A stretch of DNA of 64,000 nucleotides from Candidatus Aenigmatarchaeota archaeon (GCA_039000725.1 JAWBNO010000001.1:397152-461151), one strand, 5' to 3'. Positions 34,051 to 43,798 are shown, counted from the first letter of the stretch. A program made the numbers and translations. Notes: generated from the letters alone by a model not told the origin.

Positions 34051-34123
34051 AGCCCCGTCGTCTAGTGGTTAAGGATGCCGGGCTCTGGACCCGGAGACCC
34101 AGGTTCGAATCCTGGCGGGGCTA
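34051..34123 (+). tRNA. tRNA-Gln(CTG), no intron, CCA not encoded
   Basis: Acceptor AGCCCCG/CGGGGCT (A1-U72, typical of archaeal tRNA-Gln); anticodon arm CCGGG-CTCTGGA-CCCGG. Confidence 0.95.
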
Positions 34124-35065
34124 TTTCGGATATATTCCTTTTTTCATTATTACTCTATCTACCCTAACAGCAACCCCTTTCTTGTTTTCATACATTTTTT
34201 TGCTGTTCATTTTTGCTATTCCGATGGCAACTAACTCGTTTTTTAAACTCATTATTGCAACTAATTCCCCTTCTTTTATATCTTCCTGTATCCTAGAAAT
34301 ACCAGTAGGAAATAGTGGTGCCCCGTTACATAAACTAGGAATAGCAGAATCTTTAACGAAAACTTTTTTAACATGATCTATAGCATGCTCTATAGGTATC
34401 AAGATTTCTTTTAAAATTTTTTCATTTCCATTTTTCCAAAATTCATATGCGTCTTTTATTTTTATAAGAGAATGAGAAAGTTTTTCATCAAAATTGCCAA
34501 CTTTTATTCTTCTTAATTCAGACATATGTGCCCCTACTCCATAAGCTTTTCCTATATCATCAACTAACTTTCTTATGTAAGTTCCAGATTCTACTTTTGT
34601 ATGAAATAAAACATCCCTCCCTTCAACTTCCAATATTTTAAAGAATACGACTTCTCTAATTCTAGGTTTTCTAGAAACAGCAGACTTTTTAGGTGGAATT
34701 TGTGTTATTTTTCCCACAAATTTTTGTTCTATAATTTTTTTTAAAACATCTAAATCAAAATCTTTATGCATATGCATAACTCCGACATACTCTTTATACA
34801 ATTTTTGAAATAGTATAGCGCATTTAACACCGTCATTTAATAGAACAGGTAATAAACCAGTAACTTTCGGATCTAAAGTTCCTATGTGAGCAACTTTTCT
34901 TGCTTCAAAAATTTCTTTAATCCATAAGCTAATTTGATGGCTTGTCGGACCAGAGTGTTTATCAACTAATATTAAACAATTTTCTATTAACTCCTCAATA
35001 TTCCTTTCTTCTGGTCTTTTCCCAAAATTTTCATCTGTTTCTTCTTCATCTTTTATTAGCCACAT
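34121..35065 (-). CDS. cbf5: H/ACA RNA-guided pseudouridine synthase Cbf5
   Basis: GPTSHQ, HIGTLDPKVTG, SGTYIRKL, HMSELRR and a C-terminal PUA domain. Confidence 0.95.
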   Translation of the reverse strand: MWLIKDEEETDENFGKRPEERNIEELIENCLILVDKHSGPTSHQISLWIKEIFEARKVAHIGTLDPKVTGLLPVLLNDGVKCAILFQKLYKEYVGVMHMHKDFDLDVLKKIIEQKFVGKITQIPPKKSAVSRKPRIREVVFFKILEVEGRDVLFHTKVESGTYIRKLVDDIGKAYGVGAHMSELRRIKVGNFDEKLSHSLIKIKDAYEFWKNGNEKILKEILIPIEHAIDHVKKVFVKDSAIPSLCNGAPLFPTGISRIQEDIKEGELVAIMSLKNELVAIGIAKMNSKKMYENKKGVAVRVDRVIMKKGIYPK

Positions 35066-35080
35066 AAATAAAATTTGTTT

Positions 35081-35239
35081 TTAACTAGTTTTTATTTTGT
35101 TTTTCATTTCTTCAATTTCCTTCTTAAATCTAAGAATAGTTTTGAGTAGATTTTCTTCTTCAACCCTTAAAATTTTACAGCACTCTTTTAATATCTTTTC
35201 TTTTCTTTTCAAATTTTCCCATTCTTCTTTACTAATCAT
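35081..35239 (-). CDS. 52-aa protein paralogous to the C-terminal helical segment of the upstream AlaRS (not in ORF track)
   Basis: MISKEEWENLKRKEKILKECCKILRVEEENLLKTILRFKKEIEEMKNKIKTS; ATGA overlap with alaS stop; AAGGTG SD. Confidence 0.8.
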   Translation of the reverse strand: MISKEEWENLKRKEKILKECCKILRVEEENLLKTILRFKKEIEEMKNKIKTS

Positions 35240-37548
35240 TTATACACCTTTTTTAATTTTTTCCATTCTTTAAATAAATTATCAATAGCTTCTAAAATTT
35301 TGTTCTCATCGACATTCAAAATTTTACAACATTCTTCAAGTATTTTCTCTTTCTTCTTTAAATATTGATAGGCAACGATATCACTACAAAATTCTATTCT
35401 ATCAACTCCGTCAGAAATCCTTTTAGTTCTAATTATAGTAATATAACCAACCTCTTTAGTTGATTTAAGCATATTATGAGTTCCGCTACAAGCTTCTATA
35501 TCCTCTTCTCCAATAGAAACAATTCTGACATTTTTTTCCGGTATAGCACCACCTTGATATATTCTAAATCCATATCTTTTTTCTGCTTCAACTCTGGGCA
35601 AAATTTCAACTTTTATTGGAAGATCTTTCTCTACAATTTCATTAGCATATTTTTCTATTTTCTCTACAATTTCATCACTCAAACTTTCAAAGTGTGTAAT
35701 ATCTAGTCTTGCCTTATCTTCTCTAACTTCACTTCCATCTTGCCATACCCATTTTCCTATAACTTTTCTGGCTGCGGCGTTAATTATATGTGTAGCAACG
35801 TGATGTTTGGAAATTTTTATTCTTCTATCTTTATCAATTCTACATTTAACTAAATCACCTTCTTTTAGAGAAATTTTCTTATTTTCAAGAACATGAATTA
35901 TAGTTTTTCCAATTTTAACCACATCTAAAACTTTATATTCATCTATGTATCCGATGTCGCAATCTTGTCCACCTTGTCTTGGAAAGAAAGCAGTTTTGTC
36001 GAGAATTATCTTATTTCCATCTTCAATTTTAATTACTTTAGCCTCGAATTCAAATATATTTTCATAGTATAAAGGTACTGTTTCTATATCATATTTTTTC
36101 GCCTCACCAATTTTAATCTCCTTAGCAGAATGTTTCTTATTTAAAATTTGGTAAAATTCTTTAGTAGGTTCTTTCCCTAATTTTTCTGGAGGAATACCAT
36201 ATGTGTCATAAATTTTGACTAATTCCTCTGTACTTATTTCTCTATTTTTATAAATTTCAACAATTCTTTGATTTTTCTTTTTTGTTTCTTCATATTTTTT
36301 TCTTTCCGCATCTATTACTGTGTATATTTCATTCTCGCTTTCTTTTAGTTCTGGAAAAACGGGTTTTAAATATTCTGCATGCCAAATCGATACTTCACCT
36401 AAGTCTATATTTTTAAAGTGCTTCTCTATCAAGTCTAAACTTCTTCTCAATATAACTCTAAGAAAATATCCGGCTTTAGAATTGCTTGGCAAACCACCAT
36501 CAGAAATCGCAAAAGCCAAAGCTCTAGAATGATCTAAAACAGCATACATAGCTTGTATTTTTTCTATTTTTTCAGAAAAAACATTTTCATCAATATTCAT
36601 TTTTTCTAGAACTTCCTTTTTAGCCTTCTTAAAGTCAGATAAGTCTTCTACATTTAGTTTACCAGAAATGATTGAATATCTTTTTAAAACTTCTTTATCA
36701 ATTTTAAGCCCAGCTTTATTTAAGAATTTGTGTATCGCATCTCCAAAAACTGCATCATACGCTGTTAATGTAGCTTGAGAAAACCAAGCTAGTCTTTCTA
36801 ATCCCCAGCCAACATCTATTACTTTCATTGGCAATTCTTCTAATTTGTTTTTCCAGGTAAAATACATAAAGCCAGAATTGCTTAATTCTAAGCCATATGA
36901 AAACGTTTCTATATAGGGACCCAGAGCAGAAAAATCTGGCATAGTCCACAAGTCTTCAACATATATGAGTTTTTCTTTAGGTATTTTCATCTCTTCTGTT
37001 AAGAACCTAAAATTTAATTCAATAGTTTCGTCCTTCCAATATCCTTCCTTCGGCCAGTTAAAGGCATGCTGACCAGGCATTACAAAAGCAGTAAAATGCC
37101 TTCCCGTTATACCTACATTAAGAATATCATTAAACCTTAAACACACTTGAGGAACTATTAGAGGATTTGCTGGATATTCAAAAATCATAATTCCATTATC
37201 AAATCTTTGAAAGTTTACTATTGAAGCAATATTATAGTAAATATCTTCTCTCCATCTAGCTAAAACCGGATATCTTGGTATTGATGTGTGACCATTTTTA
37301 ACAAAGAATTCTTCCATTTTTTTCCAAACTTCTATATAACTCATTTTTTTGGCAATATTTTTTTCTATAAAACCATATTCTTCTCCACATTCAGGATCTG
37401 GACAATGCTCTCTATCTTCAATACTCCAAAAGCCCTTACCACAAATAGGACAAACTTTTCTTTTAAAACCTTCTCTTTCAAATAGTTCAACTTTCCAATA
37501 TTTTTCAGGTTCTTTTTGAAAAATTTTGAGTAAGTCTTTTTTATCCAT
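35236..37548 (-). CDS. alaS: Alanine--tRNA ligase, archaeal type, lacking the C-terminal DHHA1 (C-Ala globular) domain
   Basis: CPICGKGFWS, YPVLARWR, NVGITGRH, DVGWGLER, editing motifs HVATH and ACSGTH; only 770 aa. Confidence 0.95.
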   Translation of the reverse strand: MDKKDLLKIFQKEPEKYWKVELFEREGFKRKVCPICGKGFWSIEDREHCPDPECGEEYGFIEKNIAKKMSYIEVWKKMEEFFVKNGHTSIPRYPVLARWREDIYYNIASIVNFQRFDNGIMIFEYPANPLIVPQVCLRFNDILNVGITGRHFTAFVMPGQHAFNWPKEGYWKDETIELNFRFLTEEMKIPKEKLIYVEDLWTMPDFSALGPYIETFSYGLELSNSGFMYFTWKNKLEELPMKVIDVGWGLERLAWFSQATLTAYDAVFGDAIHKFLNKAGLKIDKEVLKRYSIISGKLNVEDLSDFKKAKKEVLEKMNIDENVFSEKIEKIQAMYAVLDHSRALAFAISDGGLPSNSKAGYFLRVILRRSLDLIEKHFKNIDLGEVSIWHAEYLKPVFPELKESENEIYTVIDAERKKYEETKKKNQRIVEIYKNREISTEELVKIYDTYGIPPEKLGKEPTKEFYQILNKKHSAKEIKIGEAKKYDIETVPLYYENIFEFEAKVIKIEDGNKIILDKTAFFPRQGGQDCDIGYIDEYKVLDVVKIGKTIIHVLENKKISLKEGDLVKCRIDKDRRIKISKHHVATHIINAAARKVIGKWVWQDGSEVREDKARLDITHFESLSDEIVEKIEKYANEIVEKDLPIKVEILPRVEAEKRYGFRIYQGGAIPEKNVRIVSIGEEDIEACSGTHNMLKSTKEVGYITIIRTKRISDGVDRIEFCSDIVAYQYLKKKEKILEECCKILNVDENKILEAIDNLFKEWKKLKKVYK

Positions 37549-37581
37549 TTCTATATTTTGAATCGAAAGTTATTAAAAGCA

Positions 37582-39054
37582 TTAGTTTATTTTTTGAAAT
37601 AGAATCTCTTCTTTTTTGGGTTTTCCTTCAAAATCTTTAAATCTACAATTATTTAGACTAATTTTTTCGTTAATACCTAGTTGCTTTCTTATTTTCTCAG
37701 AGGTTTCTGGCATAAAGGGGTATATTAAAATAGATATTACTCTTAGTCCTTCTAAAAGATTATAGATTGCATTAGAAAGTTCTTTTCCTTCTAGTTTCCA
37801 AACCTCTTTCTCATTTATATATTTATTGCATTCTCTAATGAAATTCCATATTTCTTGAAGAGCCAAATCTACTCTAAAGTTTTCCATATATTTTGTAATT
37901 TTTTCTAAATTCAGCTTTTTTTCTAATTCTGGGCTACCTTCAATTTTACCTTCAAATTTTTCTGCTAAACTTAAAACCCTCCATACAAGATTTCCCAGAT
38001 CATTAACAAGTTCTCCATTTATCCTTTCTTTGAGAGCTTCTTCGTTAAAATCACCATCTTCACCAAAAGGAACTTGTCTAACTAGAAAATATCGTATTGC
38101 GTCTAAGGGATATTTTTTAGAAAGCTCTAAAGGATCAATTACATTACCCAAGCTCTTGCTCATTTTTTCTCCTTTTACGGTCCAAAAACCATGAGCAAAT
38201 ACATGTTTTGGCAACTCTATCCCAGCAGATAGAAGCATAGCAGGCCAAATAGCGCAATGAAACTTTACTATGTCTTTCCCTATTAAATGAACATCCGCTG
38301 GCCAAAATTTCTTAAACTTTTCTTCATCCCAACCAAAACCAATTCCACTAAGATAGTTTATTAAAGCATCAAACCAAACATAGAATACCTGATTTTCATC
38401 TATAGGAAATTTTATTCCCCACTTTTGGGTTTGTCTAGAAATACTTATGTCATTAAAAGCGGTTTTTATGTATCTAATAACTTCTTCCCTTCTTTTTTCA
38501 GGTAAAATAAAGTCAGGATGTTCTTCTATGTATTTAAGTAAGGATTCTTTATATTTACTTGCTCTAAAGAAATAATTTTCTTCTTCTAAAATTTTGGGTT
38601 CTACTTTGTGAATAGGACATTTACCATCAACCAAATCTGATGGTGAAAGAAAGGCTTCACACCTAACACAATAATATCCGACATATTTTCCCTTGTATAT
38701 GTCTCCCTTTTCATATACCCTTCTAAAGAATTCATAAACAGCTTTCTTATGTCGGTCTTCAGTGGTTCTTATAAAGTCATCAAAGCTTATATTTAATTTT
38801 TTAAAGGTTTCTCTCCAAGTTTCAGCCATTTTATCGACATATTCTTTAACGTCTTTTCCTTCCTTTAAAGCAGCATCTACACTTTTTTGACTATTTTCAT
38901 CAGTTCCAGTTAAGAAGAAAACCTCCTCTCCTTTAATTCTATGCCATCTAGCAAGAATATCAGCAATTAAGGTTGTATAAAAACTTCCTAAATGTGGCTT
39001 ATCATTTACATAGTATATTGGAGTAGTAACGTAGAATTTCCTTAGCTTAATCAC
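37582..39054 (-). CDS. metG: Methionine--tRNA ligase (short form, single zinc knuckle, no C-terminal domain)
   Basis: YVTTPIYYVN, HLGS, GTDE, YVWFDALINY, IGKDI and KMSKSLGN. Confidence 0.95.
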   Translation of the reverse strand: MIKLRKFYVTTPIYYVNDKPHLGSFYTTLIADILARWHRIKGEEVFFLTGTDENSQKSVDAALKEGKDVKEYVDKMAETWRETFKKLNISFDDFIRTTEDRHKKAVYEFFRRVYEKGDIYKGKYVGYYCVRCEAFLSPSDLVDGKCPIHKVEPKILEEENYFFRASKYKESLLKYIEEHPDFILPEKRREEVIRYIKTAFNDISISRQTQKWGIKFPIDENQVFYVWFDALINYLSGIGFGWDEEKFKKFWPADVHLIGKDIVKFHCAIWPAMLLSAGIELPKHVFAHGFWTVKGEKMSKSLGNVIDPLELSKKYPLDAIRYFLVRQVPFGEDGDFNEEALKERINGELVNDLGNLVWRVLSLAEKFEGKIEGSPELEKKLNLEKITKYMENFRVDLALQEIWNFIRECNKYINEKEVWKLEGKELSNAIYNLLEGLRVISILIYPFMPETSEKIRKQLGINEKISLNNCRFKDFEGKPKKEEILFQKIN

Positions 39055-39084
39055 CCCCTATAAAATAACTATAGATAATTTATC

Positions 39085-39825
39085 TTATAAAAATTTTTTC
39101 ATATCTTTGATTGAATTTAAAATAGCGTAAGCCTTAACTTTTTTCTTCATTTTATCTACACCACTTCTGACAAAAACGAATTCGGCATTAATAGATTTTG
39201 CAAATTCGCTATCTGCTTTTATTTCGTCACCAAAATGTACAGCTTTTCCTATTATAAGTTTTTTAACAAATTTAGAAATATATTTTGAAGGTTTTCCAAC
39301 CATTATTGCCTTTTTATTGCTACAGTACTCAAGACCAGCTATAATCAATCCCGTTCCAGGTACGCGCTTATTTTTGAAATTCCAGATTTTTCCTGTAGCA
39401 GTTGTATATAAGTCAGAACCCTTTTCTAAAAGATTTAATACCTTGCTTGCCTTCCAATAATTAAATTCTGTATCGTGACCAACTACAACAGCATCTACAT
39501 CATTACTAGAAATTTTTACTCCGTTTTTTTCTAATTCTTTTTTTAAACCTTTCCCTATAGGATAGACCTTCTTGTTTTTTAAAATCATAGCAGCGACATA
39601 ACTGCTAGTTATCAATTTTTCTTTTTCTATCTCAATTCCCCCATTTTTTAATATTTTTATTATATCATCCCTATCCAGGTATGTAAAATTAGAGACAATT
39701 ATTATATTCTTATTCATTTTTTTTAATTTTTCAAAAATTTTATCTGTCCCATTAAATAGGTTTGGAAAATTCCATAAAGTTCCATCTAAATCAAAAATAT
39801 AAGTATCAAATTTTTTAAAGTTCAT
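39085..39825 (-). CDS. HAD-IIA family hydrolase (NagD-like)
   Basis: FDLDGTLW, VSN, PGTG, VGKPS, GDEIKAD and VRSG. Confidence 0.88.
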   Translation of the reverse strand: MNFKKFDTYIFDLDGTLWNFPNLFNGTDKIFEKLKKMNKNIIIVSNFTYLDRDDIIKILKNGGIEIEKEKLITSSYVAAMILKNKKVYPIGKGLKKELEKNGVKISSNDVDAVVVGHDTEFNYWKASKVLNLLEKGSDLYTTATGKIWNFKNKRVPGTGLIIAGLEYCSNKKAIMVGKPSKYISKFVKKLIIGKAVHFGDEIKADSEFAKSINAEFVFVRSGVDKMKKKVKAYAILNSIKDMKKFL

Positions 39826-39852
39826 TTTAAATTAATTACATAAAGATTTAAA

Positions 39853-39926
39853 TAGCCCCCATCCTGTTCATCTGCTTCATTGTTAGCTTGAAGCTATCTC
39901 TGCAGAGGCTTTGGTAGGATGGGGGA
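39853..39926 (-). ncRNA. Candidate H/ACA-like guide sRNA with K-turn
   Basis: Minus strand: CCCCCATCCT / pocket ACCAAAGCC / TCTGC-A-GA-G-A-TAGCTT-C-AAGCTA-A-C-AAT-GA-A-GCAGA / pocket TGAAC / AGGATGGGGG-CTA; GC-rich island in AT-rich intergenic DNA. Confidence 0.68.
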
Positions 39927-39949
39927 TAAAAATATTTTTTAATTAAATT

Positions 39950-40561
39950 TTATATTTTGTAAAGAAGCTTAGCCATATCTTTTAATTTTCTTATTTTTAT
40001 TTTTGCTAATGGCTTTTTTGGAGAAATATAGTATACTAAACTTTTCTTTAAAAAACAAAGGTCAGATTGTTTACATGCAAGAACATCATTATAAGAATCA
40101 CCCAAGTATAAAGTTATTCCATCCTTTTTTAAATTTTTAACTAAATTTTCTTTATCTTTAGAATTTAAGCTTTTTCTACTATTTGAAGCATAAATTTCAA
40201 CTTCTAAGTCAAAATCGTGTTTTTTTAACAAATTTTTGTAAAAGTTTATAGTATCTCTAATTAGAATTTCATTACTACTCGAAATTATATATAGATTAAA
40301 TTTTTTTTTATAACATACATACATAATATTCAAAAGACCGTAATCTGTGTATTTTATAATTTCATCTTTTTCCAATTTTTCTAGCGATAGAAATTCCTTT
40401 ATTAGATTTTTTGGATTAATTCCATTAATTCCATATTTCTTTATAGAGTGTATTATTGTGGAATTTAAAATACTAAAATATCTATATGGGAAATATAATA
40501 AGTGTTTAGATCTTTCAAAAATTACTCCATCCCAATCAAGAATAAGATAAATTTTTTTCAT
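39950..40561 (-). CDS. HAD superfamily hydrolase
   Basis: DWDGVI, IISS and YLGDSYND. Confidence 0.78.
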   Translation of the reverse strand: MKKIYLILDWDGVIFERSKHLLYFPYRYFSILNSTIIHSIKKYGINGINPKNLIKEFLSLEKLEKDEIIKYTDYGLLNIMYVCYKKKFNLYIISSSNEILIRDTINFYKNLLKKHDFDLEVEIYASNSRKSLNSKDKENLVKNLKKDGITLYLGDSYNDVLACKQSDLCFLKKSLVYYISPKKPLAKIKIRKLKDMAKLLYKI

Positions 40562-40594
40562 AACCGTATTTTTATAAGAAAAGATTTATGTTTT

Positions 40595-40759
40595 TTATAA
40601 TAAAAGAAATCTTATAGCTATTAATAAAATTCCAATTCCAATCGAAAAATATATTAAATTTTTAGGAGTAATTTTAATTTTCGATTCTTCTTTTTCTCCA
40701 TATCTTATTAAACCACTAACACCTGCTGGTAAATAGATCTTGTCTTTTTGTTTGGCCAT
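40595..40759 (-). CDS. secG: Preprotein translocase subunit Sec61beta, 54 aa (not in ORF track)
   Basis: MAKQKDKIYLPAGVSGLIRYGEKEESKIKITPKNLIYFSIGIGILLIAIRFLLL; GLIRY...IKITP plus one TM helix. Confidence 0.9.
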   Translation of the reverse strand: MAKQKDKIYLPAGVSGLIRYGEKEESKIKITPKNLIYFSIGIGILLIAIRFLLL

Positions 40760-40800
40760 ATTTTACTTAGATATTAAAAATTAAAACTTTAACTAATTTT

Positions 40801-42486
40801 ATGTGGAAGAGTGATATTACAAAAATTTTACGTGATGTAGGAATAAATGCTCAAGAAAAAGACATTCAAATACCAGATAATCCAAACTTTGGAGATTTTT
40901 CATATCCGGTTTTTAATTTGGCAAAAGAACTTAAAAAAAATCCAATAGAATTAGCAAAGGAAATAGTTTCTAAAATACAAGTAACCAAACACCCTTACAT
41001 AATTAAGGTAGAAGCAGTTAATGGTTATGTTAATTTTTTCATATACTGGGAAAAATGTTCTGAATTAATAATAAAAAAGCTATTAAATTTAAAAAAGTTG
41101 GATTTTGGTAAAAGAGAAAAAGTTATGGTAGAATTTTCTCAGCCAAATCCAGTACATTCTATGCATATAGGCCATGCTAGAGGAACTTTTATAGGTGATT
41201 CTCTTTCCAGAATTTTAGATTTTTGTTCTTATGATGTTCTAAAGGCAAACTATATGAATGATGTTGGTCTTCAAGTTGCTAAATTGGTTACTGCTTATTT
41301 GCTTTGGTACAAAGGAAAGAAGCCAGACAAAAAAGAAGATTATTGGTTGTGGGAAATTTATGTAAGATTTCATGAAGAAGCTAAGAAAGATCCAAGCCTA
41401 GAAGAAAAAGCTAGAGAAATTCTAAGAAAATATGAAATAGAAAAAGACCCAGAAATAGTTAAAATATGGAATAAGTTAGTTAGATGGTGTGTTAGGGGTT
41501 TTGAGAAAACATATAGAAGACTAAAAATAAATTTTGACGTTTGGTTCTATGAGCACGATTTTAGAGATATAGGAAAAGATTTAATATATCAAAGTTTGGC
41601 TAAAGGTATATCATTTAAAGATGAGAGTGGTGCAATAATTGCAAAATTAGATAATTATGGCTTACCAAATACTGTAATATTAAGATCTGATGGAACAGGT
41701 TTATATTTTACAAGTGATTTGGGATTAACTTATCATAAGTTCGAAAAATATAAGTTGGACAAGGCAATTTGGGTTGTATCATCGCAACAATCATTATACT
41801 TAAAACAACTATTTACTTTTTTAAATTTGTTTGGTTTTACTTGGGCCAAAAATTGTTATCACTGCTCTTTCGAGCACGTTAATTTACCAGAAGGAAAAAT
41901 GTCTTCTAGAGAAGGAAAAGCAATTTTATTGGATGAAGTTTTAGATATGTTGGAAAAAAAGGTTAGAGAAGAAGTAAAAAAAAGAAATTCAAATAAAGAT
42001 GAAAGAAAAATAATATCTGTTTCTAAGAAAATATCACTAGGTGCTATAAAGTATTCTATATTGAAAATCCAACCAGAAGATCAAATAATATTTGAATGGG
42101 AAAAAATGCTACAATTAGAAGGAAAAACGGGACCATATATTCAATATGCATGTATAAGATGTTTAGGAATTTTGAATAAAGTAAAAAAGTTTGAGGAAAA
42201 ATACGTTTGTTTGAATTTAAGTGATGAAGAAAGAAGTTTGATTAAAAAATTAAATGAATTTACGTATGTAGTTGAAAAATGTGCCAGAGAACTTAAGCCC
42301 TATTATCTAGCTAATTATTTGTATGAGCTTGCTGTAGTTTTTAATAACTTTTACGAAAAAGTGCCTGTATTAAAAGAAAACGATATAGATAAAAGAAATT
42401 TTAGGTTAACATTAGTAAAAACCTGCGAAAAAATATTAAGAACAGGTTTAAGTCTTTTGGGAATAGAAGTTCCTGATTTCATGTAA
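40801..42486 (+). CDS. argS: Arginine--tRNA ligase
   Basis: VEFSQPNPVHSMHIGHAR, NDVGLQ, RSDGTGLY, KMSSREG, GPYIQYA and DALR-type C-terminus. Confidence 0.96.
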   Translation: MWKSDITKILRDVGINAQEKDIQIPDNPNFGDFSYPVFNLAKELKKNPIELAKEIVSKIQVTKHPYIIKVEAVNGYVNFFIYWEKCSELIIKKLLNLKKLDFGKREKVMVEFSQPNPVHSMHIGHARGTFIGDSLSRILDFCSYDVLKANYMNDVGLQVAKLVTAYLLWYKGKKPDKKEDYWLWEIYVRFHEEAKKDPSLEEKAREILRKYEIEKDPEIVKIWNKLVRWCVRGFEKTYRRLKINFDVWFYEHDFRDIGKDLIYQSLAKGISFKDESGAIIAKLDNYGLPNTVILRSDGTGLYFTSDLGLTYHKFEKYKLDKAIWVVSSQQSLYLKQLFTFLNLFGFTWAKNCYHCSFEHVNLPEGKMSSREGKAILLDEVLDMLEKKVREEVKKRNSNKDERKIISVSKKISLGAIKYSILKIQPEDQIIFEWEKMLQLEGKTGPYIQYACIRCLGILNKVKKFEEKYVCLNLSDEERSLIKKLNEFTYVVEKCARELKPYYLANYLYELAVVFNNFYEKVPVLKENDIDKRNFRLTLVKTCEKILRTGLSLLGIEVPDFM

Positions 42487-42514
42487 TTTTTTAATTGTTT
42501 TTATAAATTGTAGT

Positions 42515-43780
42515 ATGGGAAGATTAAGTATAAAACCACCAAAAGGAACCAGAGATTTGTTTGGAGAAGAAGCCATAATTTTTGAAAAATTAATAGACAA
42601 TATTAAAAATATCTTTGAAAAATACGGTTTTGAACCTTTATACACTCCATCTTTTGAAAGTTTTGAGTTACTTTCAGTTAAAGGTGGTTTGGGAGAAGCA
42701 GTTAAAGATGAAATATATTATTTTAAGGATAAGTCAGAAAGAGAGCTTGGATTAAGATTTGATTTAACTATGCCTTTAGTTAGATTTATTTCCAATAATC
42801 CAAATATTCCTAAACCATACAAAAGATATGCTATAGGTCCTGTTTGGAGGTACGATAATCCTCAAGCTTATAGATATAGGGAGTTTTGGCAAGCTGATAT
42901 AGATATTGTTGGTTCTTATTCTCCGATATCTGATGCAGAGTGTTTAGCTTGTGTCTCAGAAATTTTAGAGAGTTTAGGAATAAAAGATTTTGTGATTAGA
43001 ATTAATGATAGAAGAGTTCTTGAAAAATTGTTGATAGAAAAGGTCCCATTAGAAAAAATAAATCAAGTTTTTAGAATTTTGGATAAGATGGATAAAATTG
43101 GCAAAGAGGGAGTTTCAAAAGAGTTAGAAAATTTAGGTATAGATTCTTCTATAATAAATACTTTAGATATTGGAGGGATTTTTGAGGAAGTTTTGAGATA
43201 TTTAGAAGAAAAATGTTATGATTGTGTTCGTGATTTGAAACAACTATATGAATATTGTTCTTATTATGGTATAGAGAAAAAACTAAAGCTAGACTTGTTT
43301 TTAGTTAGGGGTTTAGATTACTATACTTCTTTTGTATTCGAAATAGATTTGGGTAAAAGAATATCTTTTGGTGGAGGAGGAAGATACGATAATCTAATAG
43401 AAATATTAAGTGGAGAAAAAGTTCCAGCTACAGGGATTTCTATAGGTTTAAGTAGACTTTTTGACTATATTAAGGAAACTGGAAGATTTAAAACTAAAGA
43501 TTTTCGTGTGTATGTGGCTTATTTGAAAAAATTAGAAAAAGAAGCAATTGGTATTGTACAAGAGTTAAGAAGAAATGGATTTATAGCTGATATTAACTTA
43601 ATTGAAAGAAAATTAGATAAGCAATTAGAGTATGCGGACAAAAAGAACTATAAATTAGCTATTATAATAGGAGAAAAAGAAACTAAGGAAGGCAAAATTA
43701 TTGTTAAAGATATGGAAAAAAGAGAAGAATTTTCGATAGATAGAAAAAGAATTTTAGAGTTTTTAAAAAAACGAATTTAG
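42515..43780 (+). CDS. hisS: Histidine--tRNA ligase
   Basis: PKGTRD, LRFDLT, RYREFWQ, VRGLDYYT and GGGRYD. Confidence 0.96.
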   Translation: MGRLSIKPPKGTRDLFGEEAIIFEKLIDNIKNIFEKYGFEPLYTPSFESFELLSVKGGLGEAVKDEIYYFKDKSERELGLRFDLTMPLVRFISNNPNIPKPYKRYAIGPVWRYDNPQAYRYREFWQADIDIVGSYSPISDAECLACVSEILESLGIKDFVIRINDRRVLEKLLIEKVPLEKINQVFRILDKMDKIGKEGVSKELENLGIDSSIINTLDIGGIFEEVLRYLEEKCYDCVRDLKQLYEYCSYYGIEKKLKLDLFLVRGLDYYTSFVFEIDLGKRISFGGGGRYDNLIEILSGEKVPATGISIGLSRLFDYIKETGRFKTKDFRVYVAYLKKLEKEAIGIVQELRRNGFIADINLIERKLDKQLEYADKKNYKLAIIIGEKETKEGKIIVKDMEKREEFSIDRKRILEFLKKRI

Positions 43781-43798
43781 AGGTTTATAAATACACAA

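Noticed and set aside
34065-34376. 103-aa ORF on the plus strand
   Set aside because: Starts inside tRNA-Gln and is antisense to cbf5
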